From: Acidobacteriota bacterium
GTDB taxonomy: Bacteria; Acidobacteriota; UBA890; WLXD01
Assembly (NCBI GenBank): GCA_965205505.1
Contig: CBDBHB010000009.1
Coordinates: 1,056,001-1,120,000 of the forward strand
Length of the DNA stretch: 64,000 bases
Reading direction: 5' to 3'
Part shown: positions 43,032 to 53,386 of the stretch, one piece after another
Layout: every line of letters begins with the position of its first letter
Numbering within the stretch: position 1 is the stretch's first letter
Position numbers and translations under genes: made by a program
Notes under the pieces: generated by a model
Databases searched by the model: none
Seen by the model: only the letters and a program-made list of their open reading frames with translations
What the model was told of the DNA's origin: nothing

Positions 43032-43448
43032 CTAGACGATGTCGATGCTGCCGTCGATGCCTACATGTAACCTCTCGGCGGACGCCAGCGTTTCAAAGTC
43101 GTCGCTGTCGACCGATACCACCGCGAAGGTCCGCTGGTACATCTCGTCGGCAACGATTGCTGCCAGCGTCAGGAACGTGTCGGCGCCATCAGTGATGATC
43201 GCAGCCGGTGCGGTACCTCGGCGTACCGCTTCGAGCAGCACGGCAGCGGTCGTGCTCGATCCACGCGAGGCGGGCAGCGCAAGGATCTTGCCGGCCGCGA
43301 CGCGGCCTGAAAGGGGGTGCCGCCGATCTATGATCTCGCCGGACGTCTGATCGTAGCCACCCCAGAAGCTCAGCGGCTCGGTGCTGGCAAGCGCCTCGCC
43401 CTCGACGTCGCCGGCCACCAGCACCCTCCCCTTGATCACCCCTGCCAT
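43032..43448 (-). CDS. Aconitase X swivel subunit (DUF126)
   Basis: LSFWGG, HPL, RGSS, APAAII. Confidence 0.9.
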   Translation of the reverse strand: MAGVIKGRVLVAGDVEGEALASTEPLSFWGGYDQTSGEIIDRRHPLSGRVAAGKILALPASRGSSTTAAVLLEAVRRGTAPAAIITDGADTFLTLAAIVADEMYQRTFAVVSVDSDDFETLASAERLHVGIDGSIDIV

Positions 43449-44701
43449 AAGGACTCGTCGCGCTCGACGCGGCCAGCGATCGCCGAACGAACACAATCCT
43501 GCAGGCTGCCGAAGGTGACGTGTGCGTCAAGCAGGCCCGGCGTGTAGTAGGCGTACTTCGCGGAGTTGGTCATCAGGGTATCGATCTCGGGGGGCAGCAT
43601 CGGCGTGGTGAGGATGCAGGTGTCCACCGTGATCTTGGCGCCAAACTCGCGCAGCGGCCCCAACAACCCGGCCTGCTCGGCGAGGGCCCGCATCATGCGT
43701 CCCGTGGTTACCAGGAAGAGCACGTCGCGATGACACCGCTGGCCGTCGAGGAGGGGCGCCAGGCGGCGGAACTCCTCGAGCGAGAAGTGCGGGCTCCCCA
43801 GGACTACGACGTCGACTCGGGTGCCGTCGAACGTGGTGAGCTCGGCGCGCGCCCGGCGTAGGTCGCCAACGTTCAACTCGTGGGTCTCGGCCGGTTCGCG
43901 ACCTCGAAACGCCGCCTCCAAGGTCGGTGCCTCCGGCGTGTGGCCGACAAGGTGAAACAACGCTACCGCTCCGGCCGACGCACCGCCGGCGCCAAGCGCT
44001 TTGAGGTCGTCCTCCGAGGGCGTGGCGGTGAACCCGTCGATAACCGGCACCCGCTCCTGGGCAATCTTCCCCATCAGGTAGCCGAGGACGGCGCAGAACG
44101 AATCATCGCGTTGCAACGCCTCGGGGACATCCACCAGTCGCAACAGCAGGTCACCGGCGCGGTTGTCATCCAGATGCAGGCCGCGTGCGGGTACCCGGGC
44201 GGTTATCGCCGCGCAGATATCCATCATGTCGGGGTAGCGCTCGGTACGTGCGCCGATGACCGAGTTGGCGAAAGCGATGGCGTTTGATTCTCCCCAGGCG
44301 ATCTGTTGGCCGTACGTCGGCCGCATGGCCGTTTGATATGGCGCGCACGTCCATGTCGGGGTGCACCCCATGCGCTCGTAAGCCTGCATCTGCCGATAGG
44401 CTTTCTCGGCCCATTCTCCCGGCACCGCCCACTCTTGCCAGTTGTCGGCATCCACGCCGCTGACATTCGCCGTCGATGAAACCGCGACGCGCGCGTCCAT
44501 GTCTGCGAGACGTTCGGCGAACTCCAGCGTTGCTTCGCCCTGATACACGGTGCTGTCGATATGAGCCTGCGAGATGTCGAGCATGCGCTCAGCACCGAAG
44601 GCTTCGGCCATACGCACAAGGATCGACATCGCAAATCGGCCCGCGGGGCCGTGCTCACCGGCGAGCAATGAGCGATCCTTGGAGCTCAGATCGAGCGTCA
44701 T
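43436..44701 (-). CDS. Aconitase X catalytic subunit (DUF521)
   Basis: AHID, TCAPY, WGESNA, GSPH, DTC, TNSAKYAYY. Confidence 0.92.
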   Translation of the reverse strand: MTLDLSSKDRSLLAGEHGPAGRFAMSILVRMAEAFGAERMLDISQAHIDSTVYQGEATLEFAERLADMDARVAVSSTANVSGVDADNWQEWAVPGEWAEKAYRQMQAYERMGCTPTWTCAPYQTAMRPTYGQQIAWGESNAIAFANSVIGARTERYPDMMDICAAITARVPARGLHLDDNRAGDLLLRLVDVPEALQRDDSFCAVLGYLMGKIAQERVPVIDGFTATPSEDDLKALGAGGASAGAVALFHLVGHTPEAPTLEAAFRGREPAETHELNVGDLRRARAELTTFDGTRVDVVVLGSPHFSLEEFRRLAPLLDGQRCHRDVLFLVTTGRMMRALAEQAGLLGPLREFGAKITVDTCILTTPMLPPEIDTLMTNSAKYAYYTPGLLDAHVTFGSLQDCVRSAIAGRVERDESLWQG

Positions 44702-44745
44702 GCGATCCTCCCGGGGAGGATTGTCGGCATCGAGTCAGTCAATCG

Positions 44746-44780
44746 GCCAGAACCATGACACTTCCACCACGAGCTGCCAG
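44746..44780 (+). repeat. Dispersed repeat family B copy
   Basis: GCCAGAACCATGACACTTCCACCACGAGCTGCCAG. Confidence 0.72.
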
Positions 44781-44792
44781 AGGTCAAGAGCG

Positions 44793-45983
44793 TTGATTGA
44801 AGCACGACGACCGGCGTCGCGCCGGCCGCGCGGACGATCCTGGTCGCGCCCCGCTGCGCTCGTCAACCTGCTCATCCTGCCCGCGGCTCTGCTGGTGCAG
44901 CGGATTGCGTTCGGGCTGCCCGATCTTGTCGAGAGCGTTTACAGCCGAGGCCTGTATCCGTTGGTTGCTCACGCGCTCGCCTGGACCAACGCCTGGTTTC
45001 CTCTCTCGCTGGCCGAGGCAAGCTCGCTGGCGGTGGTGGCCTGGCTGATATGGCGTATTGTTCGCTGGCGCCGCGGGATTGCCGGCAGCACCGAAGCGAC
45101 CCCGCGACCATGGCCTCGACGGGCGCTGGCTGCGACCGGCCGACTCGCGATGCGCGCCTGGATCGTGGCGGGTTGGGTGTTTCTGGCGTTCCTGTTTCTG
45201 TGGGGCTTCAACTACGCGCGGCCACCGCTGGCGACGCGGCTGGGCCTCGAGACCGGCGAGATCGCCGCGCCGGAGGTGCTCGAGCTCGCCCGGCGGGCGA
45301 TCAGCGCGGCGAACCGTGACCACCGGCTACTCGGAGTCGCCGTGGACGAAGCGAGCCGACTGCCAATGACCTCGAGCGAGCTGAACGTCGCAATCGACAC
45401 GAGGTATCGGGAGCTCCGTCTGCCTGGCGACGAGCTGGGCAACCTGGCGTCGCGCGCCAAGCCGCTGCTCTCCTCGACGGTCTTCTCTTACCTCGGGATC
45501 AGCGGCATCTTCATCCCGTTCACTGGCGAGCCGTCCTTCAATCGGCTCGTGCCCGACGCTTCGCTACCGATCACCGTGGCGCACGAGAAGGCCCACCAGC
45601 GGGGCATCACCGACGAGGGCGAAGCCAACCTGGCCGCGGCGATAGCCTGCGCCGGTGCGGACGATCCCTACCTGCGCTACGCAGCCCATCTGTACATGGG
45701 CATGGTGCTGGTCGGCTCGGTGGCGCGTTATGCCCCCGACGAGGCGGCGGAGGTCTGGGCGGGGCTCGATAACGGGCCAGCTGCCGACGTCCGCGCCATG
45801 CGTGAGTTCTGGGACCACTACCGCAGCCGCGTCACGCCGGTCGCCGCGCGCATCAACGATGCCTACCTGCGCTCCAATCGCGTGCCGGGCGGTGTGCAGA
45901 GCTATGGCCGCGTCGTTGGCTTGCTCGTGGGCCTGAGTCGCCGGGGCGAGGTGCTCACACTTCCACCACGGCCCGGTGGGTGA
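44793..45983 (+). CDS. DUF3810 family zincin-like membrane protein
   Basis: YSRGLYP, WGFNYAR, PFTGE, AHEKAHQRG..EGEAN; start uncertain. Confidence 0.85.
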   Translation: MIEARRPASRRPRGRSWSRPAALVNLLILPAALLVQRIAFGLPDLVESVYSRGLYPLVAHALAWTNAWFPLSLAEASSLAVVAWLIWRIVRWRRGIAGSTEATPRPWPRRALAATGRLAMRAWIVAGWVFLAFLFLWGFNYARPPLATRLGLETGEIAAPEVLELARRAISAANRDHRLLGVAVDEASRLPMTSSELNVAIDTRYRELRLPGDELGNLASRAKPLLSSTVFSYLGISGIFIPFTGEPSFNRLVPDASLPITVAHEKAHQRGITDEGEANLAAAIACAGADDPYLRYAAHLYMGMVLVGSVARYAPDEAAEVWAGLDNGPAADVRAMREFWDHYRSRVTPVAARINDAYLRSNRVPGGVQSYGRVVGLLVGLSRRGEVLTLPPRPGG

Positions 45984-47058
45984 GCAGCTTGTGCACCGCG
46001 GTTGCGACCTGATCGACGGTGATGGCGTCGATCTGTTCCCCCGGAGCGACGACGTGTCCATGGGGCGGCGGCGGTATGAAGTGCGGGTTGCCGGTAGAGA
46101 AGATGCCCAGCGTCGGAGTGCCTACCGCGACGCTCAGATGCAGCGGGCCGGTATCGTTGCTCACTGTCGCGCTGCACTGCTCGAATGCCGCGGCCAGCGT
46201 TGCGAGGTTGCCGTATCCTCCGTCAGCAACACGGTCTGCCAGACTGTGTCGCGCCGCTTCCTCGACCACTTGCCGGGCGATCTCCTGCTCGCCGGGACCG
46301 GCGAAGATCAGGAACGAGTGCGGCAGCTCGGCCGCGAGGCGCTGGGCCAGTTGTGCGAACCGGGTCGCCGGCCAGAGCCTGTGGGCCTTGGCGGCGCCCA
46401 CGAAGAAAGCGATCGACGGAGCCGGCTCGGCGGTCGGTCGGCGCTTTGATGCGGACCTTGCGTGCCAGCGTCGGGAGGCTTCGGCAGAGATCCGATAGAA
46501 GCGGGCAGCTCCGGCTCGTTGGCATGTTCCTGGCGCCGGCGCCAGCCCGGCGCGCACGATGGTGTCGATGTGGGCGCCGGTCATGTAGATCGGTGGGTGC
46601 GGTGCATCGATCCAGGGCCGGTAGAGGCGGTGGGCGCCGGTCTTGTAACGGCACCCGACGCGGATCGGAGCGCCGGTCAGGGCGCCGATCAAGGCGGTCT
46701 CGGTGAACCCTTGAAAATCGACCACCACGTCCCAGTGGCCGAAGAGAGCCGGTCGCAGCACCCCGTTCAGCAGCTGTGCCACGGCGTGCGGCCGGAGTCT
46801 CTTCAGTCCGAGGCGATCCAGCGTCAGGAGCTCGTCGAGGACTTCGAGCCCGTCGAACAGGCCGGCGCAGCGCGTATCGGTGAGGAAGGCGAGGTGGGTG
46901 CTCGGATAGGTGGCCCTCAGGAGCCTCAGAGCCGGGAAGGTCAGCAGTGTGTCGCCGAGTGCCGAAAATCGGATACCGAGGATGCGGGCATTCGCCGGGA
47001 TCTCGAGGGGCTCGGGGCGGCCGGTCGCCGGATCTTGGGAAAGCATGGCGGCGCGCAC
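45955..47058 (-). CDS. GT9 glycosyltransferase (heptosyltransferase-like)
   Basis: SALGD, DFQG, WP..RF, SNDTGPLHLS. Confidence 0.9.
   Translation of the reverse strand: MRAAMLSQDPATGRPEPLEIPANARILGIRFSALGDTLLTFPALRLLRATYPSTHLAFLTDTRCAGLFDGLEVLDELLTLDRLGLKRLRPHAVAQLLNGVLRPALFGHWDVVVDFQGFTETALIGALTGAPIRVGCRYKTGAHRLYRPWIDAPHPPIYMTGAHIDTIVRAGLAPAPGTCQRAGAARFYRISAEASRRWHARSASKRRPTAEPAPSIAFFVGAAKAHRLWPATRFAQLAQRLAAELPHSFLIFAGPGEQEIARQVVEEAARHSLADRVADGGYGNLATLAAAFEQCSATVSNDTGPLHLSVAVGTPTLGIFSTGNPHFIPPPPHGHVVAPGEQIDAITVDQVATAVHKLLTHRAVVEV
45956..45979 (+). repeat. Dispersed repeat family B copy within the convergent gene overlap
   Basis: CACACTTCCACCACGGCCCGGTGG. Confidence 0.68.
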
Positions 47059-47075
47059 GATAGCACGAGCTCAGG

Positions 47076-47098
47076 ACACTTCCACCACGGCCTGCTAG
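47076..47098 (+). repeat. Dispersed repeat family B copy
   Basis: ACACTTCCACCACGGCCTGCTAG; its CTAG contains the serine hydrolase stop. Confidence 0.78.
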
Positions 47099-48240
47099 GG
47101 GACCTCGGCTTCTTCGTTTTCCTTCGCCTCGGGAAGTCCGAGCGCCGCGCGCGCGATGCGCTCTTCGAGCTGGAAGGCGGTTGGCCCGGGCGTGTTGGTC
47201 AGCACGATCACGCTGAGGTCTTCGTCGGGGTAGCGTGCCGCCATCGTGACGAAACCATTGATTCCGCCGCCGTGGGCGACGCGGCGATGATCGCCGAGCG
47301 TGTCCACGCCGAGACCGTAGCCGTAGTCGAGAGCCGCGCCGTCGTTGAGTGTCGCCGGAGTCGACATGAGGTCGTACGAAGCCTCGCTGACCACCTCGCC
47401 GTCCTCCAGCGCCCGCTGCCAGCGCAACAGGTCGAGGACGTTCGAACACAGTGCCCCGGCGGCGAATGGGTGGGTCATGTCGATCAGATCGTCGTTGACG
47501 AGGTCACCGTCCTCGTTCTCGTAGCCCTCGGCGCGGTGGGGAATCAGCTTCTTCTCGTCGCAGTAGCTCGTGCTGTCGAGCCCCAGCGGATCGAAGATCT
47601 CCTGCTGGAGGTAATCCGCATAGGAGGTATCGGTGACGTTCTCGACGATCACACCCAACAGGTAGAACCCCGTGTTGTTGTAGCGCCACTCGTCGCCCGG
47701 CGCGAAGTCGAACGGTTGGTCGGCGAGCAGGCCGAACAGGACGTCGTGGGTCACCGCCAGCGGGATCGTGCTGGTCCACTCCTCGCCGAGCCCCGTGTAG
47801 CTCTTGATCCCGGAAGTGTGGTTGAGGAGCTGATGTACGGTGACGCGGTTGTCGCCGGTGGGAAAGTCGACGTACTCGGCGATGTCGTTTTCGAGCACAA
47901 CATCGCCCCGCTCGACCAGCTGCATAATGGCAGCAGCGGTGAACTGCTTGGTGATCGAGCCAATCCGGTAGACGGTCTCTGCAGCTGCCGGAACGTTGTT
48001 CTCGAGGTCGGCGCTTCCGTAACCCTTGGCGAATCGCAGCTCATCGCCCTGCGATACCGCTACCGACAGGCCGACGACGGCGCCGCTGTCGAGCGCTTCG
48101 TTTGCCCAACCGTCGGCGCTCGACTCCAGCTCGGAGATCGGACGCGGTGACGAGCCCTGGTGCTCGATGTCGATGGAGCAGCCGAGCACCGAGACGGCAC
48201 ACGCGGCCGCGATCCCCAGACGTCGGTGCAACGAGCTCAT
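47095..48240 (-). CDS. Serine hydrolase, beta-lactamase class C-like lipoprotein
   Basis: SITK, LLNHTSG, YNN, HGG; lipobox VLGC. Confidence 0.92.
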   Translation of the reverse strand: MSSLHRRLGIAAACAVSVLGCSIDIEHQGSSPRPISELESSADGWANEALDSGAVVGLSVAVSQGDELRFAKGYGSADLENNVPAAAETVYRIGSITKQFTAAAIMQLVERGDVVLENDIAEYVDFPTGDNRVTVHQLLNHTSGIKSYTGLGEEWTSTIPLAVTHDVLFGLLADQPFDFAPGDEWRYNNTGFYLLGVIVENVTDTSYADYLQQEIFDPLGLDSTSYCDEKKLIPHRAEGYENEDGDLVNDDLIDMTHPFAAGALCSNVLDLLRWQRALEDGEVVSEASYDLMSTPATLNDGAALDYGYGLGVDTLGDHRRVAHGGGINGFVTMAARYPDEDLSVIVLTNTPGPTAFQLEERIARAALGLPEAKENEEAEVP

Positions 48241-48405
48241 ACTGCCTCCTGGTTCCTGACGCACCTGTCGGTACGGCTCAGATGTACGGGCGAGATTCTA
48301 TCGACACGGTGGCTGCCCTACCACGGCGCCCCGCCTGCCCGCCGCTGCGGCGCGGTATGGTTGCCTGCCGGTGCCCGGCGGGCGGCGAGAGTCGGTGGAG
48401 GGACG

Positions 48406-49491
48406 ATGCGACAAGCGGTGCTGTGCGAGCTTCCCGACGCCCGGGTGATCGCTCGGGCTCCAGGCCGTGTGAACCTGATCGGCGAGCACGCCGACTACAA
48501 CGGCTTTCCGGTGCTTCCCATGGCCATCGATCGCAGTATATGGGTGGCCACCGCGCCGCGGCGTGCGCCCGCGCTGCGCATCCGCAACGTCGAGGCGGAC
48601 CGGTTCCCGTGTGAGGAGGTTCCCCTCGAGCAGCTTCCCCGGCGACGCCGCGCCGGCAACTGGGTCGACTACGTCATCGCGGCGGCTCGCCAGCGGCCGC
48701 CATCGACCGGGCTCGAGATCGTGGCGGGTGGTGACGTGCCGCCCGAAGCCGGTCTGTCTTCGTCCTCGGCGCTGGTAGTAGCGAGCTTGCTAGCGCTAGC
48801 GCCGGTCGGTGATCGCGCCGCGCTCGCCGAGGAGGCGCAGCTCGCCGAGCATTACGTCGGAACACTGTCGGGCGGCATGGATCATGCGATCACGCTGCTG
48901 GCCCGACCTGGGCACGCGCTGCGAATCGACTTCAGGCCGGTGCGTGTAGAAGCGGTGCCGATGCCCGAATCTCTCGCAGTGGTGGTGGCCGATTCCGGCG
49001 TTGCAGCAGCCAAATCCGGTGCTGCCCGCGAGAGCTACAACGATCGGGTGCGCCAGTGCTTGGCCGCGGCCAGGCTGCTCGGTGTCGACGACGGACTGCT
49101 GGCCGATGTGAGTGAGCCGGACCGTCGAGTAGAGGCGATCCAGGACCCGGTGCTGCGCCGTCGCGCCGGTTTCGTGTTCGACGAGGCGAAGCGCGTCGAG
49201 GCAGCGGTCGAGGCGCTCCGCGCCGGCGACCTACAGGCGCTCGGTGCGCTGGTCGACGCGTCTCATGCCGGGCTACGCGACGACTACGAGGTCAGCCATC
49301 CCGCCGTCGACGGATTGGTCGAGGCGGCTCGCAGCGCCGGAGCATTGGGGGCCCGGGTCGTGGGCGCTGGGTTTGGAGGCTGCATCGTCGCAGTGTGCGA
49401 GCGCCGCACCGTCTCCGCCGTGTCCGCAGCGCTCGGACCAAGCGTCTGGCGCTTCGAGGCGGCGGGACTGGCCGAGCGCAACAGCCTCTGA
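48406..49491 (+). CDS. galK: Galactokinase family GHMP kinase
   Basis: APGRVNLIGEHADYN, GLSSSSA, GGMD, GAGFGGC. Confidence 0.85.
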   Translation: MRQAVLCELPDARVIARAPGRVNLIGEHADYNGFPVLPMAIDRSIWVATAPRRAPALRIRNVEADRFPCEEVPLEQLPRRRRAGNWVDYVIAAARQRPPSTGLEIVAGGDVPPEAGLSSSSALVVASLLALAPVGDRAALAEEAQLAEHYVGTLSGGMDHAITLLARPGHALRIDFRPVRVEAVPMPESLAVVVADSGVAAAKSGAARESYNDRVRQCLAAARLLGVDDGLLADVSEPDRRVEAIQDPVLRRRAGFVFDEAKRVEAAVEALRAGDLQALGALVDASHAGLRDDYEVSHPAVDGLVEAARSAGALGARVVGAGFGGCIVAVCERRTVSAVSAALGPSVWRFEAAGLAERNSL

Positions 49492-49824
49492 GCCGTCGGC
49501 CGGACCCCTTTCGCTGCACCGACCCGATTGGCGCGCAGTCTGGCCAGGCGTAGCACGTCTGGGTCCAAAGAGGGCCCCCACGGGTCACCGGAAGCGGGAG
49601 AAATCTAAATGGTTGGAGCAACTGGGCCAATTGGTTGGATTCAGTCACGCCCGGATGTGCCGCGGACCCGCAGAGCGCGTCCGCTTTCGTGCTGTGTTCG
49701 CCTCCAGTGCAACGACGACCGATCGGGACGATCGACAGAATCGCCTGGTGGGCTTTGGCTGTGGCGCCCGAATACACATCTTTCGTTAGCACGGTGCCGA
49801 CGGTACGCGATAAAAGGGGACGAC

Positions 49825-49872
49825 GGGCACGATCCTTGCACGCCTCCGCCATGTGACCTAATCGATTTCACA
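49825..49872 (+). promoter_or_regulatory. Candidate sigma54 promoter plus operator-like palindrome
   Basis: GGGCAC-GATCC-TTGCA at 49825-49840; TGTGACCTAATCGATTTCACA at 49852-49872. Confidence 0.5.
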
Positions 49873-49951
49873 GGCAATTGGCGGGCAACCGCGAGACGGA
49901 CGGTCGTGGGTTCCGGCCGCCGTGAGATTTTCCCCAGTCTGGAGAGACACA

Positions 49952-52913
49952 ATGCGACATACCGTAATCGTTTTGATGACGCTAGCCTTGGCGGTCAGCT
50001 TCGCCGCGCCGGCGCAAGCGCAGTTCGCGCGTGCCGATCTTTCGGGCACGGTGCTGGATCCGGATGGATCACCGTTACCCGGTGTCACGGTAACCGTTCG
50101 TAACGAGGCGACCTCGGCCGAGCGCATCACCGTTACCTCCGCCACCGGCGGCTACAACATCAACGGTCTCATACCCTCCACCTATAACGTTACGTTCACG
50201 TTGCAGGGATTCAACACCTCCGAGACCACCGGCGTGGTCTTGCAGGTTGGGCAGGACGGTGAGATCAACGCCACGCTCAAGCTCGGTGGTATCACGGAGA
50301 CGGTGACGGTCACCGGCGAGAGCCCGCTTGTTGACGTCGCCTCGAAAGAGGTGGGCGGGAACCTGACCGCCGAGGACTTCATATCGCTGCCGACGCAGGG
50401 TCGCAGCTTCGTGGTGTTCGCGGGCCTGTTGCCCGGCGTGCAGGTATCGCCGGACAGCCAGTCGACGGCGTCTGACTCGATCCTCGTCAATGGTATGGAC
50501 GACAACAGCAACTCCTTCAACATCGACGGCGCCAACAACGACGACGATGTGATCGGCGCCACCGCCGGTGCGCAGACGCGCACCGCGATCGAGGCGATCC
50601 AGGAGTTCCAGATCCTCACCAGCCAGTTCGACGCCGAGTTCGGTCGCGCCATCGGTGGTGTGCTCAACGCCATCACCAAGAGTGGCGACAATACCGTCCA
50701 CGGCAGCGCCTTCTACTACTACCAGGACTCGAGCATCAACAAGGCGAACTTCTTCACCAGGCGGTCCAACCTCGAGAAGCCCGACTTCACCTTCAAGTCG
50801 ATCGGCGGCACGCTCGGCGGACCAATCATCAGAAACAAGCTGTTCTTCTTCGGTAGCTATGAGCGTCAGACCCCGAACGAGGGCATCGCGCGTGAGTTCT
50901 CTACGCGGCCGGAGTTCAACTTCACTACCACCGAGGAGAACCTGCTGCGGAACTTCATGGTCAAGCTCGACTACCAGGTGAGCTCGGACCATCGAATCGC
51001 GGCGCGCTACCTGCAGGAGTATTCGCCGCAGTTCAACCAGATCATTGGCGGCAATACCTCGCTCGAGGCCGCGCGTGAGGAGTTTGACCGCGACACCAGC
51101 TTCGTCGGGTCGATCGACTCGGTGCTGTCGGACCGCGCGGTCAACAACCTGCGTATTTCCGTAACCCGCGAGGACGTGGCATTCGCCAACTCCGGCTTCA
51201 ACAACAACGGCAAGACCTTCGCGGCGCAGCGCGCCCTCAACGTGTCGTTAGACCACGACAACATCCTGCTGGGGGCCAGCACGGTGGCGTCGGCGCGCAT
51301 CAACAATTCGCGGCAGTACGACGATACGTACTCGTTGTACGCACCGGATTTCTGGGGCGGTGACCACGACTTCCGATTCGGTGGTCACTTCTCGGACCGT
51401 TTGGTGCGCCGTAACAACGCCAGCACGGCCAACGGGCAGTTCGACTTCGACACCGACACGGAGTGGGACCTGAACGACCTCAGCACCTATCCCACCGACT
51501 TCACGATACGCGTCGGCGGCGCCCAAGGCGGCGACCTCGACATTCCGCACGAGAAGGCGCTTGGCATCTTCTTCCAGGACGACTACCAGCCGAGCGACAA
51601 CGTGACCCTGAACCTCGGGGTTCGCATGGATCGGCAGAGCACCGTCGGCGAGGCCAACATCGGGCCGCGCCTGGGCTTCAGCTGGGATCCGGCACGCGAT
51701 GGCCGCACCGTAGTGCGCGGTGGCTTCGGCCGGTTCTACGACCGCTTCCCGATCGGCAGCTGGGAAGACTTCTTCCTCGATGCGGTCAACCTGAGCAGCG
51801 GTTACACGCAGCGGGTTCCGGGCTCCGGCTCCGACCCTCAGCTGTTCTTCGACATCGTGCAGGCCAACGGCTACACCACCCCCAACCAGCTGCGCGATCA
51901 CCTGGCGGCCGACATCGAGGGCAATCTTGCCGGCGCCTTCAACAGCGCGCCGACGGTCGACAACGGGGACCGCGTGACACCGTATGCCGATACCGTCAGC
52001 GTCGGTGTGGAGCGCGAGATCAGCAACGGTGTATCGGTCGGGTTCGACTTCGTCCATACGCGCAACCGTGACATTCAGCTGCGGGCCGACCTGAACCCGT
52101 TCTCGAGGTCACAGGGCGGGCGTCCGAATATCAGCATCCTGAACGGCTCTACGGTGGAGCTGGACTCAGTCCGCACCTACGTCAACGGCGGCAAGAGCAA
52201 CACGAACTCGTTGCAGTTCTCGTTGCAGCGTCGCTTCATGGACTCGGCGATCGGTCGCTTCAGCGCCCGGGTGTCGTACACCTACCTCAACCAGAGTGGC
52301 GACGTCGAGGCGAGATCGCTCGAGGTGGCCCGCTTCCAGTTGCGTACCGAGTCGGGCTATAACTTCGATACGGGCACGATCATCGGTGCGCCGGTCAACC
52401 TCGGGCTGAGCAACCCCGCCAGCATGGACTTCCCGTCCAACTGGGTTCGCCCCCACAACCTGGTGACCTCGTGGTCGTACCAGGTTCCAGGTACCGGCGG
52501 TCGGTACTAACCAGGGGCTGATGTTCTCGGGCATCTTCCGCATCATGAGCGGCGACCGGTTCACGCCGCAGTTGACCTCCCGTATGGACAACAACGAGCG
52601 TGAGGTGGCGCCGGCGGGCAGCTATAGCGCGGGCAACACGTCGTCGGACATCGCGCTCGACGCCATCAGCGCCACTGGCAGGGAGAACGGCGGATTCCGG
52701 CCGAACTTCACGCGTCTGGATCTGAGCTTCCGCTACCGCGTAGGCTTGGGCTCCCGCTTCACGGGAACGATCCTGTTCGATATCTTCAACGTCACCGACC
52801 GCACTAACTACTCCAACCAGGGCAGCTCGTTCGTTACCAGCGGCGGGTTCCTGATTCCGACGGCAGCGCGCTCGCCGCGTGAGTTTCAGCTCGGCCTCAG
52901 GTTCGACTGGTAA
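49952..52913 (+). CDS. Oar-like TonB-dependent receptor (apparent +1 frameshift near 52503)
   Basis: Carboxypeptidase-regulatory-like N domain, AEFGRAIGG plug, PRLGFSWD, C-terminal QLGLRFDW in the second ORF. Confidence 0.88.
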
Positions 52914-52952
52914 GCTAGCTGCCACGCGGGCTCGCTCGCGCAAGAAACCGGG

Positions 52953-52989
52953 AGCCGGCCGGTGGCTTTGGTCACCGGCCGGCTTTCTT
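52953..52989 (+). terminator. Rho-independent terminator
   Basis: AGCCGGCCGGTG-loop-CACCGGCCGGCT followed by TTCTT. Confidence 0.75.
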
Positions 52990-53008
52990 GCGGGCGGCGC
53001 CGTGCCTC

Positions 53009-53250
53009 TCAGGCGCGCAACTCGCGCACCCGGTCGGGCTCGTAGGTGGTGATCTCGAAACGGTGGCCCCAGGGGTCGACGAAGTAGATCGACAGCGCGG
53101 CGCCGTGGTCAACGGTATGCGCCGCCGTCAGCAGTTCCCCGCCCTGGCGCTCGAGCCCGAGGTCGCCGAGCCGTTCGAGAAAGTCCACGAAACCGGGGCC
53201 GTCGACCCGGAACGCCACACGGCGAAACGCCGCACGAACCGACACCGTGA
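53009..53250 (-). pseudogene. C-terminal half of a VOC/glyoxalase family gene
   Basis: RVAFRVD...SIYFVDPWGHRFEITTY; no recognisable N-terminal DH motif upstream. Confidence 0.65.
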
Positions 53251-53386
53251 CCTCTTCGGCGGTCTCGGATACGCCCCGCGTTCGGGGATTGCCAATGCTT
53301 GCTCGAGCCCACCAGCTCGATGATCGTGCGCCACTGGCATGCACGCTTCGAGCAACCTGCCGACCGTCTCACCGTTCTCGCCCTGT

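Noticed and set aside
44746-47098. Family B triplet as a CRISPR array or integron attC array
   Set aside because: Spacing is over 1 kb, with no cas or intI gene and no attC-type dyad symmetry
46462-48150. Long antisense and alternative-frame ORFs (e.g. 562 aa here, and many others)
   Set aside because: Shadow ORFs of real genes in high-GC DNA, with no motifs
47095-48240. Beta-lactamase resistance gene
   Set aside because: Generic serine hydrolase motifs; these families are mostly peptidases or esterases, and there is no mobile resistance context
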